Shown here piece after piece: positions 19,326 to 35,235 of a stretch of DNA of 64,000 nt. The DNA comes from the human T2T-CHM13v2.0 reference genome, Homo sapiens. The translations under genes and the position numbers were made by a program. The stretch lies in assembly GCF_009914755.1 (NCBI RefSeq), contig NC_060926.1. The stretch is one strand, 5' to 3'. Below the pieces are notes generated by a model, which did no database searches, was not told the origin of the DNA, and saw only the letters and a program-made list of their open reading frames with translations. The stretch's first letter is position 1; every line of letters starts with the position of its first letter.

Positions 19326-19705
19326 TGATACAGTTTGGCTGTGTCACCAACCCAAATCTCATTTTGAATTGTAGTTCCCATAATCCCCATGTGTCATGGG
19401 AGAGACCCAGTGGGATGTAATTTAGTCATAGGAGTGGTTACCCTCATGCTGTTCTCATGACAGTGAGTGAGTTCTCACAAGATCTAATGGTTTTATAAGA
19501 GGCTTTTCCCACTTTTGCTTGGCACTTCTCCTTGCTGCTGCCATGTGAAGAAGGACATGTTTGCTTTCCCTTCCATCATGATTGTAAGTTTCAATCTGAG
19601 GCCTCACCAGTCATGCTGAACAGTGAGTCAATTAAATCTCTTTCCTTTATAAATTACCCAGTCTCAGGTATGTCTTTATTAGCAGTGTGAGAACAGACTA
19701 ATACA
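19326..19705 (+). mobile_element. THE1 (D-like) MaLR solo LTR
   Basis: TGATACAGTTTGGCTGTGTC...GAACAGACTAATACA; 5-bp TSD GTTAG/ATTAG. Confidence 0.9.
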
Positions 19706-19724
19706 ATTAGTAAACCTTGAGCTC

Positions 19725-19803
19725 TGAACCTGGGAGGCAGATGTTGCAGTGAGCCAAGATTGCGCCACTGCACTGACCCAGTCTCAAAAAAAAGAAAAAA
19801 AAA
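19725..19803 (+). mobile_element. Severely 5'-truncated Alu right-arm fragment
   Basis: GAACCTGGGAGGCAGATGTTGCAGTGAGCC...poly(A); TSD TAGTAAACCTTGAG(C/T)TC. Confidence 0.85.
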
Positions 19804-20269
19804 TCTAGTAAACCTTGAGTTCCAACAACAAGCATTTCCTGCCTCCCTTTATGTTAGACCACAGCATTAAGAGAAGCAGCCACACTATCCTTGCCCTTCT
19901 CTACCTTAATAGACACACAGGATTATTCAAGCTCAGACTTGATGAGTCAGTAAGATTTCACCAGTAGCAAAGAGAAAAGATAAGGGCTTTTTTGAGCAGA
20001 ACGAATGGCATGTGCAAGAACAGTGACAGTTTCCAAATGACAATTTAGGAGGGCCTTAGAGGTAGCAATTTGACTCAGTGGTGGGCTAGAAGCTGTTTGT
20101 GCATAGCATTCTATATAAGATTCATAATATATCAATTTTGCATATCAAATAAAGGATGGACTTCATGCATATCATAAGGAATAAAGACACCCAAATCTCC
20201 CCTTGTGCTGCTACCATGCAGGGGCCATGATATAGTTCTGGCATATTTAAAGATCCAAAAGAAGGTAAT

Positions 20270-20490
20270 TTTAGCTGGAGCATAGAATGTTAGTGGTAGA
20301 CTGGCTGAAGATGTACCTAAAATTTAGGCAGAGCCAGAGAGGTATTGTAGGAATATTACAAATTTTTAATTTTATCCTAAATGTAATGGGAAGCCATTAT
20401 GGGTTTTAAGCTGGAGAGTAGCATGATCCGATTTATGTGTAAGAAGATCACTATAGCTCCTGGATAGAAATGGATTGCAAGGGACAAGGA
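20270..20490 (-). mobile_element. L2 fragment
   Basis: TTTTATCCTAAATGTAATGGGAAGCCATT...TTTTAAGC...AAGATCACT, typical of the L2 reverse strand. Confidence 0.65.
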
Positions 20491-22064
20491 GCTAACATCT
20501 GTTGAGTTTCTGTGTGTGCCTATCCCTGAACAATATGCATGCATTACTTCATTTAATTCTCACAATAGTTGTGAGAAGTGTGAACCATTATCTTCACTTT
20601 ATAAGTGAGGAAACGAAGACCTTTGAGGCTATATAAATTGTCCAGAGGAACATAAGGAGGAGCAAGAAAATGAGTACAATTCCTTCTATTAATGTGAAAT
20701 TAATGCATGGGGCATACCATATACCCAGTAAAATCTCAGTGATGGTTTTGTTGTAAAATTCTGTAGGTAGATGATGGTCATATCCAGAATGCAGTGATCA
20801 GGGAAGGGTTAATACATGATTTTGCAACAAGGAAGTTCATGATCCTGGCTGCTCATCTGAGAGATACTGGATATAGCCATTTATGATTGAAGCTATTATG
20901 GGATTTCACTCTTAAAAATCCCTCTTATCATTGTTAAATGTGCAAAAGACCTCTTTTCACTGTTTTCATCTTTTTGTCAGGTTGTTTTCCAGGAAGTGGT
21001 TGCTAGGAGTGAAAGAGTTTTATTATTTAGAGATAAGTGGAGCCTAGATATTCCATCTACTTAAAAAGAACATAAAAAGAGAACCTTATAGTAATTGAGT
21101 TGAAAATTATGTTTGCGACACTGTTTGTACAGTCCACCTGCTTTCTGTTTACTTGTGGTTATCTCCTTTCTCTAATGACTCTGAAAGCACATACTCAGGT
21201 TTGCACCAAAACACTATCCTGGAGGCTGTTGGAGGAGTCTGACTGCCAGGGCTCTTCAGGGCCAACAGCTGTCTCTAATGACAGTGAGCACGTGCACTCG
21301 CAGTGGCTGAAGAGTCTCTTGCCATAAGCATGAGTGCTAGCTGGCTGCACAGTGTATGAATTACTCTTGGATACAGTTGTCTTTATATTCTGATAATGCC
21401 TACCACTGAGGGAAAACCTACTGAGATTAAAGTTTTGCCAACCAGACTACAGAGACACTGTTCCACAACCTGGGACAAGTTCCTGCCCAGGACCTCAGGT
21501 TATCAAGATAGTGTTGGGCCCCTGGGCTGTGTATCCCCCTGCCCTTTCTCACATATCCCTTAACATTATCTATGATTATTAATCTAAAAATGTGTACTCT
21601 TTATTGCTCTTGCAAAACTGCCATGTGCTAAGCTGTTTATAGCTTTTGTCTAGTCACTGCATTTAAAACATTCTTTAACCTTGTTTGGTATTTCCAGTAT
21701 TCCAAATTCACTTAGAATTCCCATGGTATCTGTTGGAAAAAAATAGACATGAGATTTTATCAGTAAGTGTTTAATAACCTCCAAATAAAAGCCACAACTG
21801 TAGCCAGTGCTTGGAATCACAGTTGAGACCCAGGAGGCACCTTTGAGGTCACTCAGGCCAAACTTCCACTTAAAAATGTGGAAAGGGAGACATTGACAAG
21901 TCAGGGGATTTGCCCACGTCAACCAGTTAGGTGATAGCCAGGCCACAGCTAGAACTCCAGTCTCCTAACTCTCTATTCAGAAAAGTTTTAAAGAACTACA
22001 TATAGTATTAAACTTTTAAATAAATAAACATAAGTTTACTCTTTTGAATTGGACTTAAAAGTTA

Positions 22065-22356
<292 letters not shown>

Positions 22357-23465
22357 TTACATGCTTATAATTTATTACTACCCTCATGTCTAGGCTTTCC
22401 CTGCCTCATTTCCTCCTCTGCCTACATGAACTTACCTATACTGTCTATACTATTCTCTTAGGTCCTTCTCTCAGGAGAATATTAACACAGCTCAGGTGCT
22501 AATCAACAAAAATGTCTCCTGTTTTTGCCTAGTACCAGATATCAACTCCTCCCTATTTCAGTCACTTTCTGGGATTAAGACTTTTTATTCTTGAAAACCC
22601 TGTTAAAATGCAATCAGTATTACCTGTGAGGTAAAATTTAGGAAGGCACTACTGTCTGCTGCAATTCAAATCTAAATTTGCCTGACTCCGAATTGTATTC
22701 TCCTTTGTATCATGCCTCTTGCATGAGAAATGTCATAGTATCTGGTGCTCAATACTAAGTCTAGCCAATATCTACTGAGGCTGCAGATGCCTCTGGATAC
22801 TTTTTTTCCCATCTGGAACACATGGGTCAGTGACTATGCCACCATCAGATTAAAGAAAGGATGGGTTGTGAAGATGTCTTCTTTTTCTTGACTCAAATTA
22901 CATTTCTTAACTTTGGAGTTAGTTGTGGAAATAAAAACAGCTAGTCAGAAATGACATTCAATAGAAAAAGCATAGAATATGTTTACTTGAGTTCACTGAT
23001 TGGGAAAGAGAAGGTACATCCAAATGAGAATGGTAAGTGGGTGATGGTAAAGGCATAAGCCAGAGTCAAGAAATATGTGATACTTTTAAGGCAAGTAACT
23101 GAAATATTGAGCAGATTAATGCTTCTGTCAATTTCCTCACCTAAAAATGAGATTGCACCTACCTGCCCATCTCAAGTGACTGTTATGAAGATGATATGAA
23201 ATGGGAGAGCATCATGAAGACATAAGATAGAGATCTTAAATGATCTGTGGAATTTTGAAGGGTGGAGAAGAGGTTTAGGTCACACAAGTGATTAAAATGG
23301 CATAAGCAAAGAGGAAAGTTGGAAAGGAGGAATGTTGGTTAGGTAAAGGAAAATTGATCATTCTGGCAAAAATGAAGGAAAGCAAATTAAGGTTCAAACA
23401 CTAATATATTAGGCACAAGCATAGAGGTCTGCTTTATAGCAGAAGGGCAAAGCTTGTTGTCTCAG

Positions 23466-23525
23466 GATGGATGGATCTGTCTATTATCTCTATCTATCTA
23501 TCTATCTGTCTGTCTGTCTGTCTAT
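23466..23525. repeat. Compound (GGAT)/(TCTA)/(TCTG) tetranucleotide microsatellite
   Basis: Direct reading; lies at the tail of the adjacent Alu monomer. Confidence 0.8.
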
Positions 23526-23526
23526 A

Positions 23527-23679
23527 TTTTGTGAGACAGGGTCTCACTCTGTTGCCCACACTGGAGTGCAATGATACAATCACAGATCACTGCAGTCTCA
23601 AACTCCTGAGCTCAAGCTATTCTCCTGCCTCACCCTCCTAAAGTTCTGGGATTAGAGGTGTGAGCCACTGTGCCAAACC
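23527..23679 (-). mobile_element. Old Alu monomer-length element (FLAM/AluJ-derived)
   Basis: ~150-nt single-arm Alu-like sequence. Confidence 0.75.
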
Positions 23680-23764
23680 AATATTTTTTGTTAGGAGAGA
23701 AAGGAAGCAATCTGGAGTTATAGAAATCATTCAGAGTCCAAACTGAAGGTTAGAGGTAAGCTTC

Positions 23765-24073
23765 TTTTTTTTTTCTTTTTCTTTTTTTTTTTTTAGACGG
23801 AGTTTCACTCTGTCGCCCAGGCTGGAATGCAGTGGCACGATCTTGGCTCACTGCAACTCCACCCTCAGGATTCAAATGATTCTCCTTCCTCAGCCTCCTG
23901 AGTAGCTGGGACTACAGGTGCCTGCCACCGCGCCCAGCTAATTTTTTGTATTTTTAGTAGAGATGGGGTTTCACCATCTTGGCCAAGCTGGTCTTGAATT
24001 GCTGACCTCGTGATCCACCCGCCTCGGCCTCCCAAAGTGCTGGGATTACAGGAGTGAGCCACCGCACCCGGCC
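23765..24073 (-). mobile_element. Alu (S family)
   Basis: Full dimer; perfect TSD TAGAGGTAAGCTTCTT. Confidence 0.95.
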
Positions 24074-24699
24074 TAGAGGTAAGCTTCTTAGTGCTTACTA
24101 TCTCCAACTCTAAGTCCAACTCCATCCTTTTATTTTTAAATGATGCAAAGCTATCATACACGGCCCTTCCAACAATTGGGAAGTCATATAATGTATAAAT
24201 AGGTTAAAACATAGCTATCCAATTTAGTGATGTTAAAACAATGAGAGAAAAAGGATACAATAAATTGTACTTGGGGCAAATAAAAAGATACAGACACAGA
24301 AAGAAACTTCTATAGTGTGGCTTTGAATCAGTTAAGACGTCTTAATGGAAACAAGAACTTGAAATGATTTAAATGATAAAGAAATGTTTAATGTGTAACA
24401 AGGAGCACCAGAATAGAGCAGGCATCAGAACTGATTGAGTCAGTAGTTCAAGAATGTCATGGAGTTTCCAGGGTTTATTTTTTTCTCTCTCCACTCTGTT
24501 GGCCTTGGTGTGTTATGTTTGCCTTAAGGCTGGCTCCCCTCCTAGCAGCAAGAGGGTTGAAGCAGTTTCAAGGAGAATGAACTTTTCATGGCTGGCTAGG
24601 ACTAGTTATCTGGAGTAGAATCAGCTCTGGGGAATAAATCTCAAATAACATTATATTACTTTCATCATCTGATCGTTTAGGGGAAAGTAGGAAATGTAA

Positions 24700-24990
24700 T
24701 TGTTCTTGCAGATGCTTTGATTGGTATAGTATTTTTTAAAAATTGAATGAGATGCTTACATTGAAAGTTCATAAGATTTATTTTTAAAAATCATATTTCT
24801 GGGTCATCTTGAAGAATTCAAAGTCTAGCCAACTGCCTGCATTCTCACTTAGCTAAAATTGGCTGGAATGGATTAGTTACTGCCCCTTCAGATGGTGCAT
24901 TCCAATTCCAATGTGCTGGAGTCTCATAATTCCCTAATGTATTACACCTGGTCTGTTTTACTCGGGTTACTTACCTAGTCCCACATTTGA
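24700..24990. mobile_element. MER102-like hAT MITE
   Basis: CTTGAAGAATTCAAAGTCTAGC..TTGGCTGGAA..CTGCCCCTTCAG..TTACACCTGG..GTTACTTACCTAG..CATTTGAG. Confidence 0.55.
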
Positions 24991-26619
24991 GGAAATTACT
25001 CTAAAAGAATAATTTTTAAGAGCCTATGTTAGCAGTTTTCTGCTGCTATAACAGAATATTACAGACAGGGTAATTAATAAAGAAGAGATTTATTTGGCTC
25101 ACGGTTCTGGAGGCTGGGAAGTCCAAGAGCATGGCACTGGCATCTGGTGGGCGTCATCTCATGGTGGAAGGCATCACATGGAAAATGAGTGCAAGACAGA
25201 GTGAACAAATGGGGGCTGAACTTATCTTTATATCAGAAACCCACTCTTGTGATAACTAACCCATTCCTGTGATAATGGTATTAATCCATTTATGAAGGCA
25301 AAGCACTCATGACCTAATCACCTCTTAAAGGCCCCACCTCTTAATACTGTTACAATGGCAATTAAATTTCAACATGAGTTTTGATGAGGGCGCTCAAACC
25401 ATAACATTCTGCCCCTGGCCCCCTAAAACTCATATTCTTCTCACAAACAACATTCATTCATTCCATTTCAATAGCCCAAAAGTCTTAACTTGTTCCAGCA
25501 TCAACTCAAAAGCCCAAAGTCCAGAGTTGCATCTGAATCAGATATGGGTGAGACTGAAGGCATGATTTATCCTGAGGCAAATTCCCTATAGCCATGAGAC
25601 TGTAAAATCAAACAAGTTATCTACTTCCAAAATACAATGGCAGGGCTGGCATAGGATAGACATTCCCTTTCCAAAAAGGTAAAATAGGCAAGAAGAAAAG
25701 GGTAACTGGCCCCAAATAAGTAAAAAAATATCCAACAGGCTAATCAACATTAAGTCTTAAAGCTGAAGAATAATCTCCTTTGACTCCATGTCCCCAATTT
25801 TGGGCACACTGGGGTGGAAGATGGGCTCCTAAAAACCCAGCAGCCCTTGCCCCATGGCTTTGCTGGAGTCAGTCCACCCAGAAGCTCTCACAAGTTAGGA
25901 TCACATGCCTGTAGCTCTCCTAGGCTGAAATTGCATGCTGGTGGCCTTACAGTTCTTGGGTTTTGGGATTAGCCCCAATCTCATGGCTCTACTAGGCATT
26001 GCCCTAGTGGGGACTCTCTGTGGTAGTTTTGATCCCACATTTCTACTTGGCATTGCCCCAGTAGAGGTTCTCTGCAGTGGCTCCACCCCTGTGATTAAGT
26101 CTTTGCCTGGGTGCCCAGGCTGTCTGCGACATCCTTTGAAATCTAGGTGGAGGAAGCCACACCAACGCAGCTCTTTGCATTCTGCACACCTGCACAATTA
26201 GTGCCACATGGATGCTACCAAAGTTTATGGATTGAACCTTCCGGAATGGTAGGTTGAGCCACACCTGAGCCTGCTTGAGTCACGGCTAGGATAGCTGAGG
26301 AGCACTGGACCAGAATGCAGGGAATAGAGTCCCAAAGTGGCCCTGGGCTGTGAGCCTGTGGAGGGCACCCTGAGCCCATCCCCAGAAACCATTCTGTCCT
26401 CCTAGAGCTCTGAGCCTGCAATGGAAGGGGCAGCCTCAGAAGAGCTCTGAAATGACTTTTGAGTCTTTCATTGTCTTGATGAACAGCATCTGGCTCTCAT
26501 CTATACTAATACCTTTAGCATGTGGCCACTTTGTTCTCCTAAATATGACTTTTCACTCTTCATATGGCCAGACTGCAAATTTTTCAAATCTTTCCATGTA
26601 GTCTTTCTTTTAATTTTAA

Positions 26620-27816
<1,197 letters not shown>

Positions 27817-28147
27817 ATAAATTCTGTTTTTAAGTCATTTATTTCCTCTTGCATCTCACTGTATGCAGTTAAAGGTAGCTCCAGCAGCCTGGAAGTATTG
27901 CTGCTTAGATATTTTTTCCACCAGATATCCTAGTTCATTGCTCTTAAGTTCTGCATACCATAAAGCCTAGGGCATGGACACAATTCAACTAAGGTCTTTG
28001 CTACTTTATAACAAGGATGGTCTTTACTCCAGTTTCTAATACCTTCTTCATTTCCATCTGAGACCTCATTAGAATGGCCTTTACTGTTCATATTTCTACC
28101 AACATTGTGGCTGTGAGCACTTAAGTAATCTCTAAGAAGTGCCAGAT

Positions 28148-28527
28148 TGTATTAATCTGTTCTTGCATTGCTATAAAGACCTACCTGAGACTGGGTACTT
28201 TATAAAGAAAAGAGGTTTAATTGACTCACAGTTCCCCAGGCTGTACAGGAAGCATGGATGGGAAGAATTCAGGAAACTTACAATCATGACGGAAAGCAAA
28301 GAGGAAGGACGCATGTCTTACATGGCCGGAGGAGGAGGAAGAGAGAGCAGGGGGAGGTGCTACACACTTTTAAACAATGAGATCTCATGAGAACTCACCA
28401 TCACAAGAACAGCAAGGAGGTAGTCTGTCCCCATGATCCAATCCCCTCCACCAGGCTCCTCCTCCAATACTGGGGATTAAAATTCAGACATGAAATTTGG
28501 GCGGGGACACAAATCTAAACCGTATCA
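28148..28527 (-). mobile_element. MSTA-like solo LTR nested in MST-int
   Basis: TGTATTAATCTGTTCTTGCATTGCTATAAAG...CAAATCTAAACCGTATCA. Confidence 0.85.
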
Positions 28528-29063
28528 CCTACTTTCCCTGCATTTCTTCTTTTCTGAACCCTCACCAGAATCACCCTTAATGCTCTGTTTAGGACAATCT
28601 AGGCCTTTGCTAGCTTGCTCCTCAAATTCTTCCAGCCTCTACCCATTACCCTGTTTCAAAGCCATATCCATATTTTCAGGTATTTGTTATAGCAACAGCT
28701 CCACTTCTCAATAACAATGTTCTCTCTCAGGCCATTTTCTGCTGCTGGGACAAAATACCACAGATTGGGTAATTTATGAAGAAAAGAGATTTATTTGGCT
28801 CATGGTCTGGAGGCCAAGATGTCCAAGAATATGGTGTCAGCAATTGATGAGTCATCTCATGGAGGAAGGCATCACATGGCAAATGAGTGTGAGTCAGAGA
28901 GAACAAATGGGAGTTGAACTTAATCTTTTATCAGGAGCCCACTCCTGCAATAACTAACCCATTTCTATGATAATGGCATTAATCCATTCATGAGGGCAGA
29001 GCCCTCATGACCTAATCGCCTCCTAAAGGCCCTACCTCTTAATATTGTTAAAATGGCAATTAA

Positions 29064-29458
29064 TTTTTTTTTTTTTTTTTTTGAGACAGAGTCTTGCTCT
29101 GTCACCCAGGCTGGAGTGTAATGGTGCAATCTCAGCTCACTGCAACCTCCGCCTCCTGGGTTCAAGCCTCCTGGGTCTCAGGAGGCATGTGCCACCATAC
29201 CTGGCATATACCACCATGCTACAGGCCACCATACCACATGCTACAGGCATGTGCCACCATACCACCATGCTACAGGCATGTGCCACCACACCACATGCCA
29301 CAGGCATGTGCCACCATACCTGGCTAATTTTTTTTTTTTTAGTAGAGACTAGGTTTCACCATGTTGCCCAGGCTGGTCCAAACTCCTGACCTCAAATGAT
29401 CTGCCTTCCTCAGTCTCCCAAAGTGCTGAGATTACAGGTGTGAGCCACCACGCCTGGC
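29064..29458 (-). mobile_element. Alu in the MST 5' LTR with an internal minisatellite-like expansion
   Basis: Alu ends intact, flanked by CAATTAA; internal repeats of CAGGCATGTGCCACCA. Confidence 0.9.
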
Positions 29459-29663
29459 CAATTAAATTGCAATGTGAGTTTTGTCAAGGACATTCAAGCC
29501 ACAGCAGAGTCTTTGGGTGGGCATTTCACTGATGGTTCAAAAGAAATGAGGATAAGTGCCAGATCTAGCTGAAGGGTATGTTTTCAGCAACTCTATTATT
29601 AATTAGCCATGTGACCTTATTAACTTATAATATCTCTAGCCATAACATTTAGCAATTGATACC

Positions 29664-30007
29664 TGTATTAGTCCATTTTCATGTTGCTGATAAAGACATA
29701 CCTGAGACTGGGCAATTTACAAAAGAAAGAAGTTTAATGGACTTACAGTTCCACGCGGCTGGGGAGGCCCCACAATCATGGCGGAAGGTAAAAGGCACAT
29801 CTCACATGGTAGCAGACAAGAGAAGAGAGCTTGTGCGGGGAAATTCCCCTTTTTAAAACCATCAGATCTCATGAGACGGATTCACTATCAGGAGAACAGC
29901 ACAGGAAAAACCTGCCCCCATGATTCAATTACTTGCCACCAGGTCCCTCCCACAACACATGGGAATTCAAGATGAGATTTGAGTGGGGACACAGCCAAAC
30001 CATATCA
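29664..30007 (-). mobile_element. THE1 (B/C-like) solo LTR
   Basis: TGTATTAGTCCATTTTCATG...CAGCCAAACCATATCA; TSD ATACC/ACACC. Confidence 0.9.
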
Positions 30008-30394
30008 ACACCTGTCTCCAACAGAAATGTTACAAACATAAATAGCCTCTTTAACATCAAAGGAAGGAAGAATATATTTCTTATTCATATGTTATTAGTA
30101 AAGTAATTGCTTTCATATTTATCTCTGAGATAGTAAAAAAATATAATTTTAATGTTTTTCTGTCAAATATGTCATTCTTATCTTTAATAAAACCTTTATT
30201 TCAGGGGTAGTAACTCTTGATTGTCCTTTTGAAAAATAATTTACAGGGTAGCTGTATTGCTTACTAGTTATATCAGTCAGCATTGGTTAGGCGAAATTAA
30301 GTTTAAAAGGAGCCATTAAAATGTATCATAGAATTTGTAATATTTTCTACACATATAATAATTGTTAGAGGGCTGTAATGGGTTTCAACATTGA

Positions 30395-30697
<303 letters not shown>

Positions 30698-30807
30698 AAG
30701 CTTATTTTCTTTTATCACAAAATATTTCAAATACACAGAAAAGGGAACATAACAAACCATATTTGCCTGTTTGCTTCAGATTTTTAAAATTATTAAGAAA
30801 TTAATCA

Positions 30808-31169
<362 letters not shown>

Positions 31170-31308
31170 TTACATATTTAGAAACAATAATCACTATACT
31201 GAATTTGATGTTTGCCATTCCTGTGCATGTTTTAAACATTTAAACAAAATCTGTATAAATCTATAAATAATATATTGTTTTGCATGTTTTAACATCATAG
31301 TATTATAA

Positions 31309-31653
<345 letters not shown>

Positions 31654-31799
31654 TCAACATTGTTTTTGAGACTTATTCACTTAATATAGGAAACTAGGGA
31701 TCATTAGTTTTAAATAATGTGCATTACATAATGTGTGCCATGTTATGTTAATCCATTCTTCTACTGATAAACATTTAGGTTGTTTCTACAGAGTTTTCA

Positions 31800-32200
<401 letters not shown>

Positions 32201-32915
32201 TCAGAACACACATTGGTGCTATCTCTATGAGAAGCAGCTCGGTCACAAACCAACCCTTGGATTTGTAGCATTGTTTCTAATACCTTCTAAATGGATAGAG
32301 GGAACCAGATGCTTACTGTAAATGTCAGATGCTTGAAAAGTGAAAATATAGTTTGAAGGAACCCGTGCTTTCCAGAGGATGAATACTGATTCCTCTTTAA
32401 CCTGGTACATCAAAATACATTATTGTAGACTCTGAATTTTATATTTAGCTCCATAAATAATGATTTCAGTGGAGTTCAGTAATTGGTTTCTGAATTGGTA
32501 ATATGATTTTACCATTGGATGAGCATAAATAGATAAAAGCCCTGGCTCGTTTTTCTTTTTCAGGGCTTGTAAAATGTGACAAATGTTAGCTGCTGAACCA
32601 CCATTAGATTTCACAGCATAAAACCAACCACAGCATAATTGTATAGGGCTCATACTTCAAATCACTGCTAATTTTCTCCACTTAACATGTCCAAATGCAT
32701 ATGACATACTAAACTATCAATTAAATGTCTCCTACCTGAGCTTTGGTTTTAATTGTACCTGGAAAAGAATGCCTATTGACAGGCAGTCCCACTTAGTGGT
32801 ACTCTTTCAACTGCTCTGTAGGTTGACTGACTATCTTTTAGAGTTCGCCAATGTTCTTCTTCATGATACAGATTTGTATCCTGGCTACCACGTCTTCTTC
32901 ATTCAAATTGGACGA

Positions 32916-33330
32916 TATATCAGTCAGCTTAAGCTAAGTCATTCTATGGTAATAACCCTCAAGTTTAAATGACTTAAAATAAGGCTTATTTCTCTTGATG
33001 TTATTTGTCAGCCAAAGCCATTGTCAGCTTTGTTCCATAATTCTGGGACCCAGGTAAAGAAGCATCCCCTCATGGACTGGACTAGAACCAATGAACTGTG
33101 GTGGGGTGTGGGGGGAAAGAAGCGTCCCCTCTCTGGGACATGCCATTCTTGTTTAAAAGGGAAAAGAGAGATGACAGAACCAAGTGAGTTTATGCTCGGC
33201 AGTGGCATACCACTTCCTGTCACATATCATTGAACAAATCAAGGCCAAGACTGCCATCCAAGGTGAGGAGGTAAAGTCTGCCCAGTGGGAGGGACAAAAA
33301 TATTTGGGAATAGTAGTATAATCTACCACA
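32916..33330 (-). mobile_element. Old MLT1-family MaLR LTR
   Basis: Ends ATAATCTACCACA; contains GGGACCCAGG..., CACTTCCTGTCACATATCATTG. Confidence 0.6.
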
Positions 33331-34261
33331 GAGGTTGTTTTCATTCTCAAGCAGGTATCCTTTTGACTGACTTTTGGACTATATACAAAATCAGTTTTTT
33401 TTAGGTTTTGCTAATATACAAGAAAGACTTTCTTAACTCTGGGCTGGGGTTTAGCCTGATTTATTTTTAATATGAATCCACAGAAAAATAAGCATTAAAA
33501 TCACTTTAAAAAATTAATATTTGGAGGCCCCATAAATATAATGGTGGTGTAAATATAAACAATATTACCTTACAAACTCAACTAATTGAAATCTTTATCA
33601 TATTACTCTAAGTGGAGAAAAATAACTGATTCCCACCCAACCCCCACTCCGGCCATCAGGAAACTCTCAAAAAGAACTTCATATAGTTAGTATTTTAAGG
33701 CAGATCATTCAGATATGCTGCTCAAATTTGATGAATATCTCTTGTCATTTTATATGATGTCACAATGAACAGAGGTATACTTTCATTTACATAGATGGCA
33801 AATGATATATTTTTAGATTTAATTGCTATATGTTAAGGTATTTGTATATGACATGTATATTCAAGGACTGCTTTCTTAGCGATTCTTCCTTCTCTGGAAT
33901 TTTTTTTTTTTTTTAGCTATTTGTGAATAGCTGTTACTTTGGGCACTGAGCCCAGCTTTTCTTAATCTGACTGTCTTTATCTTTTTCTATTTTAAGATAC
34001 TTTGAAAATTATTTGTTTATTTTCTAAAAATGAAGTAAGTAAATTATCTCTAGGTTCCCCTTAAATGGTATTTTATTATTAGATGGTTTAAAACAATTGT
34101 TTGGCTTTTCAACAATAAGTGTAAAAACTGATCACATTGCATGTCAAAATTTATTCACCTATGGTTTGATAATAACAGCTATAACACTTACAGAGTGCTA
34201 CTGTCATTATTCTGGGTGCTTTATATGTGTTGTTTATTTATTCCACACAACAACCCTATAA

Positions 34262-34704
<443 letters not shown>

Positions 34705-34928
34705 TAAAGCAGGAAACCAACAGAAGAAAGGGAAGTAGTAGCAGAAGCTTGTTTAGAGGCTTCCTGAACCTTACTCTATTCTCCAAACAGAAGAATTTCA
34801 AAAAAAGGCTTAGGCAATTCTTTTAAGCTGTTAGTCAAAGGAAAATTACTTTCTTTTTAGTTCTAGGTCAACAAATAATCTACTAGTTTTTGTGAAGGCG
34901 CAATCTGGAATTTCTATATATATATATT

Positions 34929-35235
<307 letters not shown>

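Noticed and set aside
25901-26421. ORFs within the MST internal region
   Set aside because: Fragmented remnants of the MaLR internal sequence, not an intact gene.
29161-29325. Repeat-spacer-like pattern reminiscent of a CRISPR array
   Set aside because: Eukaryotic DNA; the units are Alu-derived and have no unique spacers or cas genes.
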